DNA of 63,562 bases from Nitrososphaerota archaeon (lineage in GTDB: Archaea; Thermoproteota; EX4484-205; JAAOZP01). The notes under the pieces are model-generated. The model saw only the letters and a list, made by a program, of their open reading frames with translations, had not been told where the DNA came from and did no database searches. The stretch spans positions 1 to 63,562 of the forward strand of contig JAAOZP010000016.1 in assembly GCA_011605725.1 (NCBI GenBank), written 5' to 3'. Positions 9,848-18,044 of this stretch are shown here, piece after piece. Made by a program: the position numbers and the translations under genes. The stretch's first letter is position 1. Each line of letters starts with the position of its first letter.

Positions 9848-11263
9848 ATGAAGCCGTTCCTAGTAGCACCTGAAGAAGCTGTTGAAAACCTGAGGAAGAG
9901 CAGGTATAGGGTTGGAGTATTTGGCTTTGGCCATGTGGGCTTGACCATCGGAGTCGGATGGGGATTAGCCGGAGCAAAGGTGATAGGAATGACTCTAGAC
10001 AAGCAGGCGATAAGGCTGTTGGAATCAGGCTTATCACCTTTTCCCGAAGAAGCCTACTTATCCAAGTACATAGAGAATTTGAGAACCAGAGGATTACTGG
10101 AGGTTACGGATGACTACTCTTATGGGGCGCGTGAGACAGACATAAAAATAATTGCAGTCCCAGTATATCTTTCGAGCGAAAAGAAGCCGGATTTAACCCC
10201 GATTATTAGAGTCTCTGAGGAAATAGGCAGAAGCCTGATAAAGGGGGATGTGGTCATCATAGAGACGTCGATACCCCCGGGGACGACGCGCAACGTGGTT
10301 AGGCCTATTCTAGAGGAGAAGAGCGGTTTAAAAGCGGATGAGGATTTCGCCCTAGCCTATAGCCCTGAAAGAATCTCGGCTGGAACAGTTTTAGCAGACT
10401 ATTTAGAGAAGTACCCGAAGATAATCGGCTGTGATTCCCCGGGAAGCCTGAACCTGGTTGCAAAACTGTATTCAGCAGTCGTCAAGACAGGCGTGATCAA
10501 AATGTCCAGCACTGTTGCAGCTGAAACTGAGAAACTGTTCGAAGGAGTCTACCGTGACGTCAACATAGCGTTAGCCAACGAGCTTGCTCTCCTCTGCGAA
10601 AAGATGGGTGTAGCGTATGATGAAGTGAGAGCAGCAGCCAACTCCCAGCCTTTCTCACACCTACATAAGCCGGGTATCGGCGTAGGTGGCGCCTGCATAC
10701 CAGTATACCCTTATTTCATAATTGAGACAGCGCTCAACCAGGGAGTGCAGCTTCAAATCACGCAGCTTGCAAGAAGCATTAATGAAAAAGCAACGGAACT
10801 ATTCATAGAAAAGATTGTTAAGGCAGTCCATTTTCTAAACATAGATCCGTCTAAATGCAGATTCGCACTCCTCGGATTATCCTTCCGGGGAGGAACTTCA
10901 GACACTAGGCTTTCCCCAGCCCTGAGAATACTCGAGTTCATTGAAAAAACCGGGGCGGAGGTTAAGGTCTGCGACCCACTCGTTGAAAAAGTCGAGGGTA
11001 AAGACATTGAGATACTCAGGGACTGGAGGAAGGCGGCCCAGGGCGCTGATGCAATCGTGATAGCTAGCGACCATAAGGAATTCTACCAGATAGAGATAGA
11101 GGAGGCATCCAGCTTAGCCGGGAGAGAAACCGCAATACTCGATGGAAAAAACGTTATCAGTAATTTAAACGGTAAACCCAGGTACCGTGTTCTTTACGTA
11201 GGAGTTGGAAGACCAGCATACTTGCTTGAACCTGACGGGTCTAAAAAGAAGGTTGAGCTGTAA
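9848..11263 (+). CDS. nucleotide-sugar dehydrogenase (UDP-ManNAc/GlcNAc dehydrogenase family)
   Basis: GFGHVG, YSPER, RDVNIALANE, PGIGVGGACIP. Confidence 0.9.
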   Translation: MKPFLVAPEEAVENLRKSRYRVGVFGFGHVGLTIGVGWGLAGAKVIGMTLDKQAIRLLESGLSPFPEEAYLSKYIENLRTRGLLEVTDDYSYGARETDIKIIAVPVYLSSEKKPDLTPIIRVSEEIGRSLIKGDVVIIETSIPPGTTRNVVRPILEEKSGLKADEDFALAYSPERISAGTVLADYLEKYPKIIGCDSPGSLNLVAKLYSAVVKTGVIKMSSTVAAETEKLFEGVYRDVNIALANELALLCEKMGVAYDEVRAAANSQPFSHLHKPGIGVGGACIPVYPYFIIETALNQGVQLQITQLARSINEKATELFIEKIVKAVHFLNIDPSKCRFALLGLSFRGGTSDTRLSPALRILEFIEKTGAEVKVCDPLVEKVEGKDIEILRDWRKAAQGADAIVIASDHKEFYQIEIEEASSLAGRETAILDGKNVISNLNGKPRYRVLYVGVGRPAYLLEPDGSKKKVEL

Positions 11264-11411
11264 AGTTTAACGGTGCTCAAAGCCATGCTTACTGCTTCAT
11301 TTCATCTTTTGTTTTGACGAACCATCAGAGAAAGTAGATTCCTATGTTACTATTCACAGAACATATGCTTCCAATAAACTTCTTTTCACAGCACAGCAAT
11401 TTCCTGTAGGT

Positions 11412-11455
11412 AAAAGTTATTAAATCCCTGTAAGCAGATTTTCAACAAGCCCGGT
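11412..11455 (+). repeat. degenerate copy of the tRNA-Gln promoter and first 8 nt (partner 11822-11872)
   Basis: AAAAGTTATTAAATCCCTGTAAGCAGATTT..AAGCCCGGT vs AAAAGTTAATTAATCTCTGTAGGCGGGTTT..AAGCCCGGT. Confidence 0.65.
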
Positions 11456-11545
11456 AACACGCACTCGCTCACAACTTTTTCATGTTATTCTATTAACATA
11501 GCCCCTCTATGCTTCTCTTTATCCTTATTCATAGCCCCAGCCTCT

Positions 11546-11678
11546 TTAAACCCGTCGTCTGCGCCTTGACCTCTCAACCTCTATCCCCTTGCTGGATAGG
11601 AATTCGTTCATCAATTCCTCGCTCAGATACGTCTCCCTAGCTTCGGCGATTGCGTTTACTCTCTTCATGATCTCGTTG
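11546..11678 (-). pseudogene. 3' fragment of immunity-like gene family (paralog of 37551-38210)
   Basis: NEIMKRVNAIAEARETYLSEELMNEFLSSKGIEVERSRRRRRV* vs [44 protein letters not shown]. Confidence 0.85.
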
Positions 11679-11864
11679 CTGAAGAGGTTGAGCCTGAGCT
11701 TAACGTCGCCCACCCATGAAGCCCAGGGAAGCGGGCTTCGTTACAATCAAAATCTTTAGACGAGGACTTGCTTAATATACGGTGGAAAACCTTCCGGCCT
11801 TGTTCGTCTGTCCCTTAAGGGAAAAGTTAATTAATCTCTGTAGGCGGGTTTAACGTGCCCGGGA

Positions 11865-11996
11865 AGCCCGGTGGAACCAGATAGGGGTGCCGATTGCAAT
11901 GGCAAGCATGGGGGGCTTTGGATCAGGATGATATAAATATATGGATATGTGAGGAGAAACCCCTTGATGAGAGTTCGAGTCTCTCCCGGGCTACCA
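11865..11996 (+). tRNA. tRNA-Gln(TTG) with introns at 10/11 (11875-11894) and 37/38 (11922-11958); CCA encoded
   Basis: Spliced: AGCCCGG TG GTGC AATGGCAA GCAT G GGGGG CT TTG GA CCCCT TGAT GAGAG TTCGAGT CTCTC CCGGGCT A CCA; CGGT pairs intron GCCG. Confidence 0.88.
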
Positions 11997-12196
11997 TTAT
12001 GTCCTAGTCGGTTCAGGCATTTAAATTGTAGTTTTAGTTAGCACGCGCCATGGCTTAATCTTCCCAATATGAGTTGAAAGCCAGAAATGGAAAACATGTT
12101 CTTAGGCTTCTGCCTGAATATTCGAAAACTGCATAAATACGGGTTCTGTAGCTGTAGCTTGGATTTATCTTGAATACACGATTAGAATTTAAGCGT

Positions 12197-13945
12197 TTAC
12201 GACAGTAGTTTTTCCGCGGCAGAATACACGTCGTTCGCAGCCGTCTCCCTTCTCTTCTTATTCTCTTTCAAGTATTTTCCAGCCAGGTTTTCGAAAACGC
12301 TTCTCGTAATGCGTCCTCCTTTAAATCTTTCAATAGTGCTGTTAATCATGTTTCTAGAGTCGCTGTTTATTTCGTCAAAGACCCTGTATCGCCTGTCAAC
12401 CTCCCCGCCAATTCTGATGTTTACCTGAGAGATCTCGTTGATTGTTTTCAAGATTTTTTTCTCAGCCCTTGATGTTCTCCGCTCGTATTCTCCAATCCTC
12501 TCTCTATATTCTTTAGGAGAAATCTTTCCAACGGCGTTTTTGACTTTAATTTCCTCCATAAGGGTTTCGCAATCGATTTTCTCGCGGAGAGCCTCTACGA
12601 GATCATTCACAAGTCTCTCAACCTCTTTCCCTGCCTTAGCTTCAACAGGCTTAGCAGCTTCCTCTTCCCTAAAGATCTCAGCCACCATCAGTATGAGTAA
12701 TGTTAATAGGCCGAGGAATATTGAAATGCTTTTGCCAGCCTCCAACTGTACTGGAGAGAAGCTGACTTGAAGCGGCTGGGCAAGCATATCTGGCATAGCG
12801 TTGCTCATCGTGATAGAGAATACTTCGCTTTTTTCAATGCTTGTAACGGTTGATCCCGTCGCTATCTTCCAGTCCTTCTTACCCTCTACTTTAACGTTTA
12901 AAGAATACGTGTTAACAATATCCGTATAGTTGGGTAGGCCTATGAGCCGGATGGTGGTTAGGCCTCCGCTTGAGCTCACGAGCATGTTTTTAACGGGAAC
13001 ACTGTATTCGACTATTGCTTCATACTCCTGGCCTGGTCTCAACGAGTATCTTGAATAAACCGTTATAGTGCTCATGTTAGCTATTGTCGACGCACTCGTG
13101 TAGATTTGAAGCATTCCCAGCGCGTCCTTTACCCTTACTGATTGACTAATATTAGTGGGAACGTTTATCTTCAGTATTTCACTTTTAAAGGAATTTCCCA
13201 CGTATCTCAGCTTCAACAGGTCCTTTACATGAACCTGAAGCTGCTCCGTCACGGTTATCTCCCTAGCTAGGTTTTTTATCACGCACCTGTCGAACGATTT
13301 AGAGAAAACAACTCTACCAGTCACATTACCCACGGTCTTCGTCCTGAAATACTGGTTCCACAATCCTATTACAGTATTGTTCAGGAAAATAGGGTTGAAA
13401 TACTGCAAAGAATATCCCTTAATCGCGCCCGTGGTTAAGAAGGTGAAGTTAACGTATTCAGGCATGATGCTGAAGCCCGTTAAAACAGGTAGCTTAAATC
13501 CCACGTAGTCTTCAGTTATATTGTCGCGTTGAACCAGGCCGAATCTGACTGTAGCGTTCAGCCGTTCACCCTGGAAAGGAGGCATCTCTGCAACAAGGTA
13601 GTCATAGTCCTGGGCCTCCTCGAGTTTCATGGTTACCGCCGTTTCATTCTCTAGAAATAGTTTAGGCATGTCTATGGATGAAACAAGGTTTGGAGCTGCC
13701 CATTTCGGGAGCTGAATCTTGAAAGTCCAGTTTGCCTCGCGTAATGCCCTTATCGTCTTAGGGCCCATCGTCAGGTTAACGTTGAAAACAGCAATCGCCT
13801 CCTCATTCATGTTTACCTTCACATGCACGTAGAGGTCTGAAGACTCAAACTGCCCTGAGGTCTTTACACTCGAGAGAAGGCTGGAAACCAGTATTAAAAC
13901 AAGTATAGGAATGAGCGTACATCCGGTTTTTCCACGCGGTTGCAT
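12197..13945 (-). CDS. signal-peptide, single-TM protein with ribophorin I-like luminal domain and coiled-coil tail
   Basis: REITV...VHVKD.LKLRY.G, VKDALGML, RYSLRPG..YEAIVEYSVP resemble ribophorin I/Ost1; TM near aa 410-425. Confidence 0.6.
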   Translation of the reverse strand: MQPRGKTGCTLIPILVLILVSSLLSSVKTSGQFESSDLYVHVKVNMNEEAIAVFNVNLTMGPKTIRALREANWTFKIQLPKWAAPNLVSSIDMPKLFLENETAVTMKLEEAQDYDYLVAEMPPFQGERLNATVRFGLVQRDNITEDYVGFKLPVLTGFSIMPEYVNFTFLTTGAIKGYSLQYFNPIFLNNTVIGLWNQYFRTKTVGNVTGRVVFSKSFDRCVIKNLAREITVTEQLQVHVKDLLKLRYVGNSFKSEILKINVPTNISQSVRVKDALGMLQIYTSASTIANMSTITVYSRYSLRPGQEYEAIVEYSVPVKNMLVSSSGGLTTIRLIGLPNYTDIVNTYSLNVKVEGKKDWKIATGSTVTSIEKSEVFSITMSNAMPDMLAQPLQVSFSPVQLEAGKSISIFLGLLTLLILMVAEIFREEEAAKPVEAKAGKEVERLVNDLVEALREKIDCETLMEEIKVKNAVGKISPKEYRERIGEYERRTSRAEKKILKTINEISQVNIRIGGEVDRRYRVFDEINSDSRNMINSTIERFKGGRITRSVFENLAGKYLKENKKRRETAANDVYSAAEKLLS

Positions 13946-14007
13946 CGTTTGCCGTATTTACACGAGGGTTAAAAATCTTTATTTTAAAGTCTGCTAGAGC
14001 TTAAGCG

Positions 14008-14721
14008 ATGCTTCAAAACTATGTTTCGAAGAAGGCGGTTATCCATAGAACAGTCAGGTTTGAAGGAAACAGTCTGGTTCTTGGGGGAAGCGAGATAAGT
14101 GAGGGAACATACATTGGTTTCAACACGATAATAGGGTATCCTTCTAAGAAGAGCTTTTCAAGCTTAAGAGCCATGCCGGAGGACCTCAGCATTCTCGACG
14201 AACTGTCTAGCGGGGCTAAGATAGGTTCTAACAGCCTAATAAGGTCTGGAAGCGTGATTTACGAGCAGGTTACTATTGGCAGGAATCTAGTAACTGGCCA
14301 CAATATTTTGGTAAGAGAAGGAAGTAGGATTGGAGATAACTGTCTAATAGGAACCGGATCAATGCTTGACGGAAGCGTTTCAATAGGCAATAACGTTAGA
14401 ATACAGTCAGGCGTATACCTTCCGCACGGAACCGTTGTCGGCGAAAACGTTTTCATAGGACCCTACGCGTGTGTCACTAATGACCGCTACCCTGTTTCAG
14501 GCAGGCTGACCCCTGTTGTGATAGGTAACGGCTGCATTATAGGGGCGAACTCGACACTCATATCTGGAATACGCGTCGGCGATAATTCTGTGGTGGCAGC
14601 GGGCTCCGTTGTGACTAGGGATGTTCCTCCAAACACTGTTGTCCTAGGCGTACCGGCAAGAATATATATTACTAGGGAGGAATACGAGGCTAGGAGGAAG
14701 AAGCATGAGCAAGGAGTCTGA
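14008..14721 (+). CDS. hexapeptide-repeat (LbH) sugar N-acyltransferase
   Basis: IGxN repeats, [30 protein letters not shown]. Confidence 0.88.
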   Translation: MLQNYVSKKAVIHRTVRFEGNSLVLGGSEISEGTYIGFNTIIGYPSKKSFSSLRAMPEDLSILDELSSGAKIGSNSLIRSGSVIYEQVTIGRNLVTGHNILVREGSRIGDNCLIGTGSMLDGSVSIGNNVRIQSGVYLPHGTVVGENVFIGPYACVTNDRYPVSGRLTPVVIGNGCIIGANSTLISGIRVGDNSVVAAGSVVTRDVPPNTVVLGVPARIYITREEYEARRKKHEQGV

Positions 14722-14998
14722 CGTGCTTACAGAGGTTAAGAAGGCTGTTTCCAACGTTGTTGACCCAGAGATAGGGCTAAGCCTTGGAGAACTCAACCTT
14801 ATTAAAGACGTTAGAAGAGAAGACGGCAAGATAGTTGTAGAGTTCGTCGCGACAACACCGTTCTGTCCTCTGGCGGAGATCCTGGCCCTGATGGTTAAAG
14901 ACGCGGCGAATGCGGTCGTTAAAGACGAGAAGATCCTGGTTTACATTAGGAAGCACATTAACGAGGAAAGCATTAACGAGCGGGTAAATAGGGATTAA
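14705..14998 (+). CDS. DUF59/SufT-like Fe-S cluster assembly protein
   Basis: [24 protein letters not shown]. Confidence 0.88.
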   Translation: MSKESDVLTEVKKAVSNVVDPEIGLSLGELNLIKDVRREDGKIVVEFVATTPFCPLAEILALMVKDAANAVVKDEKILVYIRKHINEESINERVNRD

Positions 14999-15232
14999 CA
15001 AGAATCATGCTGGAGACATTCTGTTTAAACCTAAGCTTGCTCCGATCGTATTTTCTGCCTGTTATTCCTGTATTCTTTAATCAGGCTGTAAACACCACCC
15101 GCGTAAAATGGGAGTATCAGCATCATTGAAACCGTTATGTAGATCGCTTGGGAAAGCAGTGCAAAACGAGTTTAAAAATCTTTTTGAAGGGTTAATCCCC
15201 CTTATTTTTCCAATCCGGTGACACCAGGATTT

Positions 15233-16306
15233 CTAATATACTTTATACCTTAGTATTCCACCTATGCCGCCAATCCTCCTGAATTTTTCCGCGGACTCAT
15301 GTCTTCCGCTCACTATGGTTACCTCCCCACCGTACTGTTCGACAAGCCTTATCATCTCCATCACCCTCTCCCTCAGGGAGCCCGACTGAGAAGCCTGCTT
15401 AACATGTATTATCAGCTGGCTGACCGCTCCTTTTTCAACAGCCTTCCAGGTCTCCTCCAAACCGTAGACAGCCTTCTCCTCAACCAGGTTTTCAAAGAAG
15501 CTTTCTATAGCAGTTATCTCGTCAACAGCCTTCAACTCCCTCGCCACAATCCTCATCTCGTTGCTCCTTAGAAACTCGTTTACTGCTGATATTGTTCCCC
15601 CGGAGGAGTGGAAGCTACCGGCTATGGAGTCTTGAAGATCCCTATAATTGTTCTCCATGAATCTTAAAAGAGCTTCACGTATGACACTGGGGCCTATCAG
15701 GATTATCCTCGGCTTACCTTCTTTAATCCAGATGCTTCTAAGAGTCTTCGACACGTCGTGGAAAAACCTTACGGCTAAGGCTTCACGCTCCTCGGGAAAG
15801 TTTTTACCAGGAATATCCTGCTCAACCCCTAGGCTTTCAACAACCCCGTAATCCTTAACGACGGCTAGCGTAGCGGTTCCGAGCTCAACCGCCACTACAA
15901 TATACTTCTTCGTGGCCACGTCTCGATTTAGAATCCTCCTGTGAATCGGGGAAAGCTCCTGCTTCTCAACCACAACCCTGTCCCCGACGCCTATAGTCAG
16001 AGTGTGATAATGGCCTAGAACACCCTCCATGTCCTCCGGACATTCTAAAACCCTGCCCCTGAGGTGAATAGTTTCTGAAGAAACTTCAAACTCAACCTTC
16101 TCAACCACTATTTTCAGAAGAGCCTTACGCCTGCTTTTCTCGCCTTCATCAATCTTCAGTATTCGCATGGTTTCCGCTGAAGCCAAGTCACCCTCGTCAA
16201 TAAGGTGGTAAACCTTCCACAATTCCTCGCCAGAGAACGGCCTTATTTCTAAGATACCCTTATCGTAATCCACTTTAATCATGGAAGACTCTTCTACCTC
16301 GTTCAA
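15233..16306 (-). CDS. pelA: archaeal Pelota (Dom34) ribosome rescue factor
   Basis: ELWKVYHLIDEGD, GHYHTL, IPGK, AVYGLEE, GGIGGILRY; no GGQ. Confidence 0.9.
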   Translation of the reverse strand: MNEVEESSMIKVDYDKGILEIRPFSGEELWKVYHLIDEGDLASAETMRILKIDEGEKSRRKALLKIVVEKVEFEVSSETIHLRGRVLECPEDMEGVLGHYHTLTIGVGDRVVVEKQELSPIHRRILNRDVATKKYIVVAVELGTATLAVVKDYGVVESLGVEQDIPGKNFPEEREALAVRFFHDVSKTLRSIWIKEGKPRIILIGPSVIREALLRFMENNYRDLQDSIAGSFHSSGGTISAVNEFLRSNEMRIVARELKAVDEITAIESFFENLVEEKAVYGLEETWKAVEKGAVSQLIIHVKQASQSGSLRERVMEMIRLVEQYGGEVTIVSGRHESAEKFRRIGGIGGILRYKVY

Positions 16307-16384
16307 ACAATAGAGACACTGTTACCCAGCTGTAAATGGAGGTGAAATATAAGTATTTTTTATTTCAATCGAGATGCAAACCGC

Positions 16385-16396
16385 TAGCGCGCGCTA
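16385..16396. repeat. palindromic TAGCGCGCGCTA, member of a dispersed (GC)n motif family
   Basis: Same 12-mer at 33930-33941 and inside 62019-62032; variants at 17321, 17419, 38328, 58762. Confidence 0.7.
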
Positions 16397-16576
16397 AGAG
16401 TTAAGAGAAGTAAGCGAATAGACACCTCATGACGCTGTCTCACACTTAGATGCAACAGCCCTATCGGAAAAATCCTGGTTTGGAGAATTATAACGATGCT
16501 GCTTCTAAAACTAAAAACTACGTTGACTCTCAAAAAATAAAGACAACCGTTAAGGACGCCGGAGGAAATCTACGCA

Positions 16577-16906
16577 TCACTCGATTTTAAGTAACAGTGA
16601 GCCTCCCTCATTAATCACTTGGTAAGATGGATCATCATTGATCTTGGTTTTAAAAAATGGAACCCTCGGTCCTGAAACAACCTTACCAGTGGCCACGTCA
16701 AACTTCGCTTTGTGCCTCGGGCAGGTTACAACACTACCCTCCAGAGAACCCTGTGAAAGATCGCCGCCAGCATGAGTACATCTAGCTCCAATAGCGTAGT
16801 ATTTTCCGTCAACGTTAATTATTAAGAACTCCTTATCCCCAACGGTGACCTTCTTCATCTTGCCCGGAGCAAGCTCGGATAACTCGCCAATCTTTACGAT
16901 GACCAT
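16577..16906 (-). CDS. Rieske-type [2Fe-2S] ferredoxin
   Basis: CTHAG...CPRH ligand motifs. Confidence 0.92.
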   Translation of the reverse strand: MVIVKIGELSELAPGKMKKVTVGDKEFLIINVDGKYYAIGARCTHAGGDLSQGSLEGSVVTCPRHKAKFDVATGKVVSGPRVPFFKTKINDDPSYQVINEGGSLLLKIE

Positions 16907-17061
16907 GGCTACCCCTCTGCTTCTTATCACCAGACTATCTTTATCTGCTTTTCCCTATCGTAAGCTCGACGATATATAAATGATGATAACAGGGACGAAG
17001 GCTCTTACGCGCGCCTCGTGTTCCTTTAAGTGCGCACAGTCCTCTCTCAAAATTCAGGAAG

Positions 17062-17076
17062 AGAAAGATTTTTAAT
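17062..17076 (+). promoter_or_regulatory. BRE-TATA promoter of tRNA-Asn
   Basis: AGAAAGA-TTTTTAAT about 25 nt before 17101. Confidence 0.55.
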
Positions 17077-17108
17077 CACCCATTATTCAAAACTAGTCTA
17101 GCCGGCGG

Positions 17109-17242
17109 GCCGGCGTAGTGCGCGTGCGCGTAGCTCAGCAGGTAGTTCAACAGCCTAGAGCAGCGGGCTGTTAACCTAATTGGACAGATACCCGTTGGTC
17201 GGAATCGCTTGGACGCCGAAAGTTCGAGTCTTCCCGCCGGCG
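17109..17242 (+). tRNA. tRNA-Asn(GTT) with four introns: 10/11 (17119-17133), 22/23 (17146-17158), 37/38 (17174-17189), 52/53 (17205-17221)
   Basis: Spliced: GCCGGCG TA GCTC AGCAGGTA GAGC A GCGGG CT GTT AA CCCGT TGGTC GGAAG TTCGAGT CTTCC CGCCGGC G; each intron forms a 4-bp BHB helix. Confidence 0.87.
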
Positions 17243-17462
17243 CTAGTGTATATTTATATTTTTTAAAACTAAGACAGGAAGATGTTCATAAGCTATGACG
17301 ATTTCTTTTAGAGGATTATTTAGCGCACACGCTAACCGTCCGAGGGAATTTCTTGGAAAGATATTGATGTAGAAACCGATTATAACCTTTTTTTGAGGCT
17401 AAGAGAGTTTTGTAGGAACTAGCGCACGCTAGAAGGTTAAAGAAAGGAGTAAAAGATAGTAG

Positions 17463-18044
17463 CTAAAGGAGATTCGCCGCTTCTTCAACGATATCTATCG
17501 CCTTATCAATCATCGTAATCTTCTCTTCATCATTCATACCCTTGGAATCAAAGGACGCAATAAAATGGAACCTGTCTCCTTCGCTTCTGAGCGGGATATA
17601 AAAGATTATCTTGATCCCGCTCTTTCTGGTTAACTCCTCCGCGATCTCGTCGGCGTGTCTCAGCCAGTCGACTAATTTCTTCGAAGCCTTTTCAACCTCT
17701 TTCCATTTCTTCCTATCGCATATCATGTCCCACAGCTGGAAGGTGTCGAACATCCAGCGCTTCCGGCGGGACTCCCGCTCTAAGTAACCGTCAATAACTT
17801 CGGAGGGATCTCCTCGTGTTGGAGACCAGATGAAGATTCTGCCTTCAACGTCCTCATGCACCTCAGGGTATGCCCCACTACCTCTTACACACCATTTAAG
17901 CTTGGTTCCTTCGGGGAATTTGAAGTGAGGTTCCTTCTCTATATAATAGTCCGGTGGACTTAACCTCTCTCTTATAACCTCTGGGATATCGTACCGCTTG
18001 CGCAGGTGTTCCTTCACCCTCACTGCAAACTCATCCTCATTCAA
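17463..18044 (-). CDS. putative immunity protein for the upstream nuclease toxin
   Basis: TTGA overlap with giant ORF; C-half (DEIAEELTRKSGIKI..FIASFDSKGMNDEE) homologous to 37551-38210. Confidence 0.7.
   Translation of the reverse strand: MNEDEFAVRVKEHLRKRYDIPEVIRERLSPPDYYIEKEPHFKFPEGTKLKWCVRGSGAYPEVHEDVEGRIFIWSPTRGDPSEVIDGYLERESRRKRWMFDTFQLWDMICDRKKWKEVEKASKKLVDWLRHADEIAEELTRKSGIKIIFYIPLRSEGDRFHFIASFDSKGMNDEEKITMIDKAIDIVEEAANLL

Noticed and set aside
11922-11958. Box C/D guide RNA in the tRNA-Gln intron
   Set aside because: Only ATGATA and GTGA, poor box matches, and no convincing guide.
17101-17108. Fifth intron in the tRNA-Asn acceptor stem
   Set aside because: Eight nt is too short for a BHB intron; treated as a leader.
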